Assembly: GCF_006345805.1 (NCBI RefSeq)
Contig: NW_021836676.1
Span: 1-23,593 of the forward strand
Source of the DNA: Octopus sinensis
Taxonomy: Eukaryota
Direction of reading: 5' to 3'
DNA length: 23,593 nt
Shown here: positions 1 to 10,000 of the stretch, piece by piece
How positions within the stretch are numbered: the stretch's first letter is position 1
Layout of the letters: every line of letters begins with the position of its first letter
Position numbers and translations under genes: made by a program
Notes under the pieces: generated by a model
Told to the model about the DNA's origin: nothing
Database searches by the model: none
The model's input: the letters and a program-made list of their open reading frames with translations, nothing else

Positions 1-195
1 GATTGTTCTGCATTTTAAATTGATGTAATGACTGCATTGTTCAATTAAATGGAGTTGTAAAAAAACGATCGTACTGCATTATCTCTGGATATCTTTGTTG
101 GTTATTTTGATTTTAATCACATTACTTTGAAATTGTATGGATAATACGTACTATATTCTGGTGCCTCAACTTAAGTACCATATTGATCTGAATCT
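1..195. repeat. Diverged copy of the 3111-3305 arm sequence
   Basis: Shared blocks include CATTTTAAA, TGATGTAAT, TTATTTTGATT.TAATCAC, TATGGATAAT and AACTTAAGTACCATATT.ATCTGAATCT. Confidence 0.75.
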
Positions 196-224
196 ATCTA
201 CCTATCTATGTATCTATGATGATG

Positions 225-255
<31 letters not shown>

Positions 256-256
256 A

Positions 257-289
<33 letters not shown>

Positions 290-293
290 CCTA

Positions 294-357
<64 letters not shown>

Positions 358-450
358 ATATATATATATATATCTATACGATATATATAGACATATATAT
401 ATAGTATATATATATAGACGTATATGTGTATGTGTGTGTGTGTGTGTATC
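192..450. repeat. Compound microsatellite (TATC)n-(TA)n-(TG)n
   Basis: Direct reading. Confidence 0.95.
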
Positions 451-729
451 GCACAGTGAGAATGAGTGCATAACACGATGTTGGTGCATGGATATTCTTC
501 AATTGGTGGTTAAGAAGGCTACCATTGGTTTCATGCCGAATTTAAGTACTATTCTTATCCAAGATAAAGACCAATGTCAGCGTTCCATGTCACAAGCTTA
601 ATTATTGTTCAGAGATTCCTCTAAGCATGAAGACAGCAGTAGCTTTGTTAACCCACAAAAAACATTTACATATATATGTATATATATGTATATTTATGAG
701 TATATATACATACAAATGCAGAGAGAGAA

Positions 730-760
<31 letters not shown>

Positions 761-761
761 A

Positions 762-981
762 AGTGAGCAAGCGGTTGGGGTGTTGCACTCACGATCTAGC
801 GATCGTGGTTTCAATTCCCAGACCGGGTAGAGCATTGTGTTCTTTAGCAAAACACTTCCTCTCACGCTGCTCTCCGATCACTTCGACACCTGACGCGCAG
901 TACACTTTGAAACTGTTCAGTTAATGTCGATTCGATGAAGAGAGCGAGCTAGTGGAGGGCACCTACACCTGATCACTATAA
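762..981 (+). mobile_element. Probable old tRNA-derived SINE (family D)
   Basis: tRNA-like head ending GTGGTTTCAATTCCCAGACC, followed by TTGTGTCTTTAGCAAAACACTT. Boundaries are approximate. Confidence 0.5.
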
Positions 982-1065
982 ACATATATTTTGTGGAGGT
1001 CGTTCGGCAAAAAGCTGAACGCTCATACGTCGTCTTCGACAGGAGCGAGTCCGTTATCATCGATA

Positions 1066-1448
1066 TTCTCTTTTCTCTTGTTTCAGTCATTTTGACTGCG
1101 GCCATGCTGGTGCACCGCCTTTAATCGAGCAACTCGACACCGGGACTTATTCTTTGTAAGCCCAGTACTTATTCTATCGGTCTCTTTTGCCAAACCGCTA
1201 AGTAACGGGGACATAAGCACACCAGCATCGGTTGTCAAGCAATGCTAGGGGGACAAACACAAACACATAAATATACATGCACATACAAATATATGCATAT
1301 ATACGACGGGCTTCTTTCAGTTTCCGTCTACCAAATCCACTCACAAGGCTTTGGTCGGCCCGAGGCTATAGAAGACATTTGCCCAAGGTGCCACGCAGTG
1401 GGACTGAACCCGGAACCATGTGGTTGGTAAACACGCTACTTACCACAC
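1066..1448 (-). mobile_element. tRNA-derived SINE, family B (CORE-like), near full length
   Basis: The minus strand shows a tRNA-like head (TGTGTGGTAAG...GGTTCAGTCCC), a CORE-like segment CACCTTGGGCAAATGTCTTC, an internal microsatellite, and the tail GGCGGTGCACCAGCATGGCCGCAGTCAAAATGACTGAAAC. Confidence 0.85.
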
Positions 1449-1449
1449 A

Positions 1450-1546
<97 letters not shown>

Positions 1547-1568
1547 ACATACATACGTACCCACACAT

Positions 1569-1599
<31 letters not shown>

Positions 1600-1995
1600 C
1601 GCACACACACATTTATACATCACGTCAAGAAACTTAAGAAGGGAACAGCTGTGTCGATCTCCCTCCTTCACCAAAAGCCAATTGTATAAGAATAGCCACT
1701 GAAAACGTGATTACACTAGTGCTGCTCCAGCATGGCCACGGCCTGTTGGCTGAAGCATATACAAGAATAGAAGAATATATATAATCGGGTAGTTAAACAC
1801 GCTCTTCTTTATTCGAATATATATAATACAATTATCACAACCTGCTACATAATATTTCCGTTTTCTTTTAATTACAGAAAATTCTTAATTACCTTATTAT
1901 CAAATAAATGAAACATTATTATCGAGACATTAGAATTCCCTTTTGCGTTTATCAGATTTCTGAAGATATAATTTTATATTTGTGTAATGTAAAAC

Positions 1996-2215
1996 GGCGA
2001 AACTGGCAGAACTGTGTTAGCGCCCCGAACGAAATGCTAAGCAGCATTTCGTCCGTCTGTACGTTCTGAATTCAAACGTCACCGACGTCGACTTTGCGTT
2101 TCATCATTTCGAGATCGCTAAAATAAGTACCAGAAGAATACTGGGGGGGGGGGTGATGTAATCGTCTGCCTCATCCCCCGGCGTTGCTGGCCTCGTGCCA
2201 AAAATTGAAGCTAAT
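1996..2215 (+). mobile_element. tRNA-derived SINE, family A, diverged copy
   Basis: Head GGCGAAACTGGCAGAA, B-box-like GTTCTGAATTCAAAC, and central GTCGACTTTGCGTTTCATC...AAGTACCAG. The central block resembles my recollection of the Meta-SINE domain (not verified). Confidence 0.7.
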
Positions 2216-2222
2216 AACGCAA

Positions 2223-2410
2223 GGCAACGAGTTGGCAGAATCGGTAACACGCAGAGCAAAATGCTTAGCGGCATTCCGTCCGGCTTTATGTTCTGAGTTC
2301 AAATGCTGTCGAGGTTAACTTTGCCTTTCATCCTTTCGGGGTCGATGCCAGTTGAGCACTGAGTACAGTGTAATCGACTTAAACTCTCCTCTCAAAATTT
2401 GAAGCCAATA
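2223..2410 (+). mobile_element. SINE family A, diverged copy adjacent to the previous one
   Basis: Contains GAGTTGGCAGAATCGG, GAGTTCAAAT and ACTTTGCCTTTCATCCTTTCGGGGTCGAT. Confidence 0.75.
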
Positions 2411-2713
2411 ATTCTGCGAATATTTCTGCAGTGCACCTAGCTACATTTCGTGGCACGCTATTGTTCTGTGACGAAAGGCAAAGCCCTTAATCCCCATAGC
2501 ATGATATGCTAGATGGAAACCATCACTTCAACATATAGCAATCTTAAACAGCACAATGTATTTTCCACCCTTTTACACCGGAATACATATGAGCTTTCCT
2601 TTCTGCACACGATTCTGGGTACAAATATTATGAACACTCACAACACACACACACACACACACACACAACACATACAGAGGAGTATGCCAGAATACATGTA
2701 CTCTGTATATATA

Positions 2714-3225
2714 TATAATCAAAATAAGCAACAAGTATATCCAAGGTAAACTAGTACAACTGTTTCATGCTACTTCATTTTAATAAACACTGCAAGTATT
2801 ACATCAGTTTTAAAATGTCGAGCAATTTTCAGCCACATATAGAAATTTCCAATTAAACGGACAATGCACATTCTTATCCCTATTTCAGAGAGGTTGATTT
2901 CATTCTTAAGAACATGGTAGTAGTATGTTCACTTTCCGTCTGTAGATTTTATCATTGAGTTCACTTCGTTATTTAGATCTATCAGTGGGGAGGAGGTTTT
3001 ATTCTTGGTTGAATGGAGACAAACAAGAATTTTTTTTCTATTTATAGATATAGGAAGGAGTAGTACAAATGTCATTTGTACTTGAATTGGAAAATTCTAT
3101 AAGTAGCTGAAGATTACTCGACATTTTAAAACTGATGTAATTCTTACAGTGTTTAATAAAATGAAGTTTCATGAAACAATTGTATTACTCTACTTTGGAT
3201 ATACTTGTTGCTTATTTTGATTATA
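2714..3225. repeat. Long inverted repeat (arms about 2714-2872 and 3068-3225), foldback or MITE-like
   Basis: Perfect paired blocks of 31 bp (2714-2744 with 3195-3225) and 24 bp (2799-2822 with 3117-3140), with mismatched pairing between them. Confidence 0.85.
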
Positions 3226-3330
3226 ATCACCCCATTTGATTTATATGGATAATGTCATACAAAATTCTGGTACCTTTAACTTAAGTACCATATTCATCTG
3301 AATCTAAATTTTGCTGAACTTATATATATA

Positions 3331-3385
<55 letters not shown>

Positions 3386-3708
3386 TATATATATATATAT
3401 CTATATATATATATATATAATATATATATATATATACAACGGAATTTCGTCAGTAAACAGGTCGTTGCTTCAAAGCAACGAAGATATTTTGACAAATTAA
3501 ATTTAAATTTTGAAGTGAATCTAAAGGTTTTGTGTGATATTTAAATGGCTTATAAACACCTTCCACGCTGCAATTGATTTTCCTTTGGCTAATGATCTCA
3601 GATTAGGTCACTTGCTATGCAAGTAAATCTCCATAATATATATAAATGTATATATAAAGAGAGCAAAAACACTGGAGATTCAGTAAATACCACGTGGCAA
3701 AATTATGA

Positions 3709-3924
3709 GTTGGAAATATATGGAAAACATATATAAAAGTGGAAGAAAAAAATGCCTTCGTTTCACATAGTTTAATATCTTTTATAAAGAAAGTTGTTTT
3801 ATATCACGATATCCATAAAATGTGTATATATATTTAAAAAAATTTCTTAATAAGAAGATATTAAACTATGTGAAACGAAGGTATATCTCTTCCATTTTTT
3901 ACATGTTTTCCACATATTTTCAAC
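3709..3924. repeat. Inverted repeat with arms of about 80-90 bp
   Basis: Perfect 27-bp pairing of 3755-3781 with 3855-3881, extending outward with mismatches to GTTGGAAA/TTTTCAAC. Confidence 0.85.
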
Positions 3925-4088
3925 CTACACACACACACACACACACACATGTACAAAATTAAAAGGAATGACCACCTCTTAATTTTGTATGTAATATAAT
4001 TTTTAATCTTCGGATTTTTTAAATATGCTAAGCCACTGCTTTTATTTGATTAATATCAATTTCTACCTTCATTATTTAGTTATATATG

Positions 4089-4136
<48 letters not shown>

Positions 4137-4139
<3 letters not shown>

Positions 4140-4915
4140 ATATATGTATGTGTGAGTGTGTATGTATATGTGTGTGTGTGTGTGTACACTAGCGTGCTCC
4201 TGTAAACTTGCCTGTGATTGTATGTATGCATCTCCACATACATGTTTGTATTAGTTGATGTTCCAATCTCCAAAGACAGAAGGCGGTGATAAAAGCTGCA
4301 ATTATTACCAACTATGTTAATTAAAACAGTAACATGTTTATTTATTCTAGTAGTAGTAGTACTAGTAGTAGTGTTGGTGGTGGTGGTGGTGTGGTGGTGG
4401 CGCGGTAGTTGTAAGATAAACAATTATTATAATAACTTGATTTTGTATATGCAGTCCTTCTTAAGTTATTACTTGTGTGTGTATGTGTGTCTGTTCGTGT
4501 GTTTGTGTGGTGTGTGTGTGTGTGTGTGTGTACATATATGTATGTGTGAGTGTGTATGTATATGTGTGTGTGTGTGTGTACACTAGCGTGCTCCTGTAAA
4601 CTTGCCTGTGATTGTATGTATGCATCTCCACATACATGTTTGTATTAGTTGATGTTCCAATCTCCAAAGACAGAAGGCGGTGATAAAAGCTGCAATTATT
4701 ACCAACTATGTTAATTAAAACAGTAACATGTTTATTTATTCTAGTAGTAGTAGTACTAGTAGTAGTGTTGGTGGTGGTGGTGGTGGTGGTGGCGGTAGTT
4801 GTAAGATAAACAATTATTATAATAACTTGATTTTGTATATGCAGTCCTTCTTAAGTTATTACTTGTGTGTGTATGTGTGTCTGTTCGTGTGTTTGTGTGT
4901 GTGTGTGTGTGTGTG
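4137..4915. repeat. Tandem duplication with a 394-bp period (two units)
   Basis: TACATATATGTATGTGTGAG occurs at 4137 and 4531. The non-microsatellite sequence appears identical by eye. Confidence 0.9.
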
Positions 4916-4919
4916 CGTC

Positions 4920-5045
4920 CCTTTTCTTCCCCTTCTTCCCCTTCTTCTTCTTCTTCTTCTTCTTCTTCTTCTTCTTCTTCTTCTTCTTCTTCTTCTCTTC
5001 TTCTCTTCTCCTCCTCCTCTTCCTCATTCTTCTTCTCCCTCTCTT
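4920..5045. repeat. (CTT)n polypyrimidine tract
   Basis: Direct reading. Confidence 0.95.
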
Positions 5046-5099
5046 TTCCCTTATATATGTAAGAGGGAATGGGATCATGTTAATTCAATATTCATTGAC

Positions 5100-5273
5100 C
5101 ATTTCGTCTGTCTTTACGTTCGGAGTTCAAATTCCACAGAGGTCGACTTTGCCTTTCATCCTTCCGAGGTCGATAAATTAAGTACCAGTTGCGTACTGGG
5201 GTCGATCTAATCGACTGTCCCTCCACTCTCCCGCGAAATTTCGGACCTTGTGCCTCGAGTTAAAAAGAATATT
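5100..5273 (+). mobile_element. SINE family A, 5'-truncated, older-type tail
   Basis: Contains GAGGTCGACTTTGCCTTTCATCCTTCCGAGGTCGATAAATTAAGTACCAG and the tail AAATTTCGGACCTTGTGCCT. Confidence 0.8.
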
Positions 5274-5344
5274 TATTGACCGTCTATGTATCTATGTGTA
5301 TACACACACATACCTCGATATACGTACATGTTTATACATACGTA

Positions 5345-5480
5345 AGACAGCAGTTCGGCAAAATAGACCAATAAAGTAAGATCCAAGCTCAAAGAAATAA
5401 AAAGCACAGGGGTAGATTCACTCGACTAAAATCATTCAGGATGGTGCCCCAGCTTGGCCACGGTCTAATAGCTGAAACGA
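5345..5480 (+). mobile_element. SINE family B, diverged 3' fragment
   Basis: Contains GTTCGGCAAAATAGACC and the tail GGTGCCCCAGCTTGGCCACGGTCTAATAGCTGAAAC. Confidence 0.6.
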
Positions 5481-5482
5481 AT

Positions 5483-5715
5483 GGCTTTTTGGTAAGTAGC
5501 TTGCTTCCCAACCACATGGCTCCGAGTTCAGTCCCACTGCGTGCCACCTTCGGCAAGAGTCTTCTACTATAGCCTCCGGTCGACCAAAGCCTTGTGAGTG
5601 GATTTGTTACAAGGAAGCTGAAAGAAGCCTTCGTATAAATATGTGTGTGTGTGTTTGTGTGTCTGTGTTTGTCACCCCATCATCGCCTGACAACCGATGT
5701 TGGTGTGTTTATGTA
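5483..5715 (+). mobile_element. SINE family B, 5' two-thirds, ending in a (TA)n tract next to a Helitron
   Basis: Co-linear with the reverse complement of about 1210-1448. Confidence 0.8.
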
Positions 5716-5780
5716 CATGTATATATGTATATGTATATATGTATATATATATATGTATATATATATATATGTATAATATA

Positions 5781-5814
<34 letters not shown>

Positions 5815-5843
5815 ATGTATATATATATATATATTATATATAT

Positions 5844-5899
<56 letters not shown>

Positions 5900-5902
<3 letters not shown>

Positions 5903-6196
5903 TTATATATAAAAGTAAGGTTGTGTGTCTCTCTCCTACGATTTAGATTCCTAACTACTCCCACATTTTGCGGTGCAGTTTAACCAAAACCGGGTATCTT
6001 ATAGTCGTGATTCATATCGAGCCCTTCTGGGTATTAGCGCGCGTCTACGATGAGTCAACGATTCACAAAAAAAGTTACCATAATTTTTTTTCCATTTTTA
6101 ATGCATTTTTTTGCTATTTTTTGGCTATAACTCTCTAAAAATGCTTATATAGTGATTTCCCTTACAAACCCGAGCAACACCGGGCGATACTGCTAG
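5900..6196 (+). mobile_element. Non-autonomous Helitron, 297 bp
   Basis: 5' A|TC and 3' CTAG|T termini, a subterminal GC hairpin CCCGAGCAACACCGGG (6169-6184), and no TSD. A second copy lies at 9605-10000. Confidence 0.85.
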
Positions 6197-6210
6197 TATA
6201 TATATATATA

Positions 6211-6605
6211 TGTAAAGTAAATGTCGTGGCATTCCGTCGGTTACGACGACGAGGGTTCTTGTTGATCCAATCAACGGAACAGCCTGCTCGTGAAATTAAC
6301 ATGCAAGTGGCTGAGCACTCCACAGACACGTGCACCCTTAACGTAGTTCTCGGGGAGATTCAGCGTGACACAGTGTGTGACAAGGCTGGCCCTTCGAAAT
6401 ACAGGTACAACAGAAACAGGAAGAAAGAGTGAAAGAAAGTTGTGGTGAAAGAGTACAGCAAGGTTCGCCACCCCCACCACAACCTGCTGGAGCTTTGTGA
6501 AGCTTTCAAGTGTTTTCGCTCAACAAACACTCAGAACGCCTGGTGTGGGAATCGAAAACGCGATCCTACGACCGCGAGTCCACTGCACTAACTACTGAGC
6601 CATTG

Positions 6606-6610
<5 letters not shown>
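6211..6610 (-). mobile_element. tRNA-derived SINE, family C, with tRNA-Arg-like head
   Basis: The minus-strand head AGGCGCAATGGCTCAGTAGTTAG...TTTTCGATTCCC has A- and B-box-like motifs and GCG in the anticodon-loop position. The 3' half is shared with 9257-9480. Confidence 0.75.
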
Positions 6611-6640
<30 letters not shown>

Positions 6641-6730
6641 ACACACACACACACATATGTATGTATGTATTCCTTAGTTCTCGACCCCTGATATCGAACT
6701 CGCTGCCAAGGCCATTTGCCATCTTTGCTT

Positions 6731-6953
6731 AGCTGGCAGAATCGTTAGCTCGCCGGGCGAAATGCTTAGCGGTATTTCGTTTGCCGTTACGTTCTGAGTT
6801 CAAATTCCGCCGAGGTCGACTTTGCCTTTCATCCTTTCGGGATCGATAAATCAAGTACCAGTTACGCACTGGGATAGACTTAATCCGTTTGTCTGTGCTT
6901 GTTTGTCCCCTCTGTGTGTAGCCCCTTGTGGGTAGTAAAGAAATATGTATTAC
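6731..6953 (+). mobile_element. SINE family A, young-type monomer
   Basis: High identity to 12404-12642 and to the units within 8650-9225. Confidence 0.85.
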
Positions 6954-7673
6954 TGTTAACCGTTATCTATTCCGTACACTCTCAATTTGGTCACAGCCAG
7001 CATACAGACAGTTCTACTTGATACTCAGCTCAGTGTCCATCTCTATGTCCTTTATTGTATCCGATTCAACTGACCAATACTTCTGTGATTATGTACGGCC
7101 GTCTTACCAAACCCATCTGGAACCTCACTTCTTTCACAAACACCTGATAAACCATACTTTCGTGATTTACGCTTTCCTATTTTGGCACCGAATGAGACTA
7201 ACGATCCTTCTTTTCAACTTCATCATTCTTCAACTTCTTTCATTCTCTCTTTTTTTCTTTCTTTCTTCTTCTTCTTCTTCTCCTCCGCCACCCCTCTTCC
7301 CCTTCTCCTTTCCCTCCTCATCCTCCCTCCTTCCCCTCCTCACCCATCCCCCCATTTCCATCCCCTCCCCCTCCTGCTCATCCTCCTCCTACTTCAATAT
7401 TTACATCCACTTCAATATTTGCTTACCTGTGAAAGCTAATTGGTTCCTACCGACTTGTAAGTACCGACAACTTGGTGCCGATGCATACTTCTATTGACAT
7501 ACATCTATTCACACACATGTTCCTTAATTATTCCCTCATCCAACGGTTCAGCTGCTTTCCTCCAATACTTAAGACGTCTCTTCTGGTCTTGCATCACCTA
7601 ACAACAAACATTTTGTCCTTTTCGTCGTTGTCTTATGGCTAACTTTCAGCGGAGAAAAAGTGGTGGAAGGTCT

Positions 7674-7742
7674 TTAGATCGGAATGAAATGTCGTTAAGC
7701 ATTTCCTCCGACACGCTAACCATTTTACCACCTCACCGCCTT
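7674..7742 (-). mobile_element. SINE family A head fragment
   Basis: The minus strand reads AAGGCGGTGAGGTGGTAAAATGGTTAGCGTGTCGGAGGAAATGCTTAACG. Confidence 0.55.
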
Positions 7743-7823
7743 GAATTCTTAATAACATGTGTGATTGAAGAGTGCTGTAGTTCGCTTAAAGCATTGTAGT
7801 GCAGAAATAGAATATTAAATGAA

Positions 7824-8175
7824 AAGGCGAAGAGCTGGTAGAAAAGTTAGCACGCCGGGCGAAATGCTTGGCGGTATTTCGGCTGCCGTTACGTTGTGAG
7901 TTCAAATTCCGCCGAGGTCGACTTTGCCTTTCATCCTTTCGGGGTCGATAAATTAAGTACCAGTTAGCACTGGGGTCGATATAATCGACTTAAACCGTTT
8001 GTCTGTCCATGTTTGTCCCCTCTATGTGGGTAATAAAGAAATAGGTATTACGTCTGCCGCTACGTTCTGAGTTCAAATTCTGCCGAGGTTGACTTTGCCT
8101 TTCATCCTTTCGGGGTCGGTTAAATAAGTACCAGTTGCGTACTAGAGTCGATCTAATCGACTGGTGCTCTCCCCA
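7824..8175 (+). mobile_element. SINE family A dimer: one head plus two body units
   Basis: GCCTTTCATCC occurs at 7926 and 8097. The second unit starts at GGTATTACGTCTGCC. Confidence 0.85.
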
Positions 8176-8258
8176 AAAAAGAAAAATAATAAATGAATGA
8201 AAATGCGAAAGGAAATAGCGAAAGTTTTAAAAGCTTTAATAAATCGAACGCAAAGACC

Positions 8259-8380
8259 TATCTTCAGAACAATTCCCTCAAAGATCTTGCCATTTTGGAT
8301 ATGTTTACATAGATTCTGCCATCTAAAATGGCAGGATCTATGTAAATACACATTTCTTTGGGTGAATTGTTCTGAAGATA
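8259..8380. repeat. 122-bp hairpin
   Basis: Perfect 17-bp outer stem (8259-8275 with 8364-8380) and a 19-bp inner stem with one G-U (8304-8322 with 8328-8346), closing a 5-nt loop. Confidence 0.85.
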
Positions 8381-8649
8381 TCATCCGTAATAACATGAAA
8401 TTCAAAGAAGGCAGAGGTGGGAGTTACCCAGCAATTGCTGACATTTAATTATTTATTGAGAAACTAATCGAAAGATAGGAATACATACTAGCCTCGAGTT
8501 TCATTCGAACTCGCTTCCACCATCCCTACCGCCACAACAACAGGTTAGCAGCAGCAACAATGAGAAATCATTTGCAACTGAGACGGCTCACTGTCACACA
8601 CAGGCGCTGCAGCATCTGCTCAAAACTATTGTATCTCGGTTTTATTCTT

Positions 8650-9225
8650 TTCTACTCTAGGCACGATGCCCGAAATTTTTGGGGAGACGGCAAGTCGATT
8701 AGATCGACTCCAGTACGCAAGTGGTACTTAATTTATCGACCCCGATAGGATGAAAGGCAATGTTGACCATGGCAGAACTTGAACTCAAAACATAAAGACA
8801 GACGAAATACCAATTTCTTTACTGCACGCAAGGGGCTACACACAGAGGGGACAAATAAGGACAGACAAACGGATTAAGTCGATTATATCGACGCAGTGCG
8901 TAACTGGTACTTATTTAATCGACCCCGAAAGGATGAAAGGCAAAGTCGACCTCGGCGGAATTTGAACTCAGAACGTAACGGCAGACGGAATACCTATTTC
9001 TTTACTGCCTACAAGGGGCTACACACAGAGGGGACAAACAAGGACAGACAAACGGATTAAGTCGATTATATCGACCCTAGTGCGTAACTGGTACTTATTT
9101 AATCGACCCCGAAAGGATGAAAGGCAAAGTCGACCTCGGCGGAATTTGAACTCAGAACGTAACGGCAGACGAAATACGGCTACGCGTTTCGCCCGGCATG
9201 CTAACGTTTCTGCCAGCTCGCCTCG
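8650..9225 (-). mobile_element. SINE family A trimer: one head plus three body units with a 183-184 bp period
   Basis: GGATGAAAGGCAA occurs at 8748, 8931 and 9115. There is a single head at about 9180-9225. Confidence 0.85.
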
Positions 9226-9256
9226 CCTTCATATCTCAGTTTTATTGTTAAATAAA

Positions 9257-9480
9257 TAGCACTCCGTCGGTGGCGACGACGAGTGTTTCAGTTGATCCGA
9301 TCGATGCAACAGCCTGCCCGTGAAATTAACGTGCAAGTAGCTAAGCACTCCGCAGAGGTGCGTACCCTTAACGTAGTTCTTAGAGAGATACAACATGATA
9401 AGCCGACCCCTTTGAAATACAGGTACAACTCATTTTTGTCAGCTGAGAGGACAGGAGCAACGTGAAATAAAGCGTCTTGT
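9257..9480 (-). mobile_element. SINE 3' portion sharing its tail with family C
   Basis: Aligns to about 6225-6410 (CCGTCGG...GTGAAATTAAC...CCCTTAACGTAGTTCT...GAAATACAGGTACAAC) and then diverges. Confidence 0.7.
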
Positions 9481-9604
9481 GTATGGCTTTAATGAAAGAC
9501 GAAACATGGAATATACGAGAATTTATTAATCATGACAATTGTCTTCTGTCTTTCCTTTGCCATATACATAACGACCAGGTGTAAACCATTCATTTTATTA
9601 TCCA

Positions 9605-10000
9605 CTAGCAGTATCGCCCGGCGTTGCTCGGGTTTGTAAGGGGAATAACTATATAAGCATTTTTAGAGAGTTATAGCAAAAAAATAGCAAAAAATGCATT
9701 AAAAATGTAAAAAAAATTATGGTAAATTTTTTTTTAAATCGTTGACTCATCGTAGACATTTGTAGAGAGTTACTTCCCTTATATAATAGCGAAAAATGCA
9801 TTAAAATGGAAAAAAATGATGGTAAATTATATTTAAAATCGTAGACTCAGCGTAGACGCGCGCTAATACCCAGAAGGGCTCGATATGAATCACGACTATA
9901 AGATACCTGGTTTTGGTTAAACTGCACCGCAAAATGTGGGAGTAGTTAGGAATCTAAATCGTAGGAGACAGACACACAACTTCACTTTTATATATAAAGA
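9605..10000 (-). mobile_element. Non-autonomous Helitron, 396 bp, same family as 5900-6196
   Basis: Reverse-complement match to 5900-6196. On the minus strand it has A|TC...CTAG|T termini and the hairpin CCCGAGCAACGCCGGG. It carries an internal duplication of about 99 bp. Confidence 0.85.

Noticed and set aside
6530-6610. tRNA-like sequence on the minus strand
   Set aside because: It is a SINE head continuing into SINE body, with an imperfect cloverleaf. It is not a functional tRNA gene.
8372-8410. CTGAAGA...GAAA following the hairpin
   Set aside because: The intervening sequence does not form stem II, and CTGAAGA is part of the hairpin arm.
8748-9175. Regularly spaced repeats superficially like a CRISPR array
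   Set aside because: The whole 184-bp unit is repeated with no unique spacers, the context is eukaryotic and there are no cas genes.
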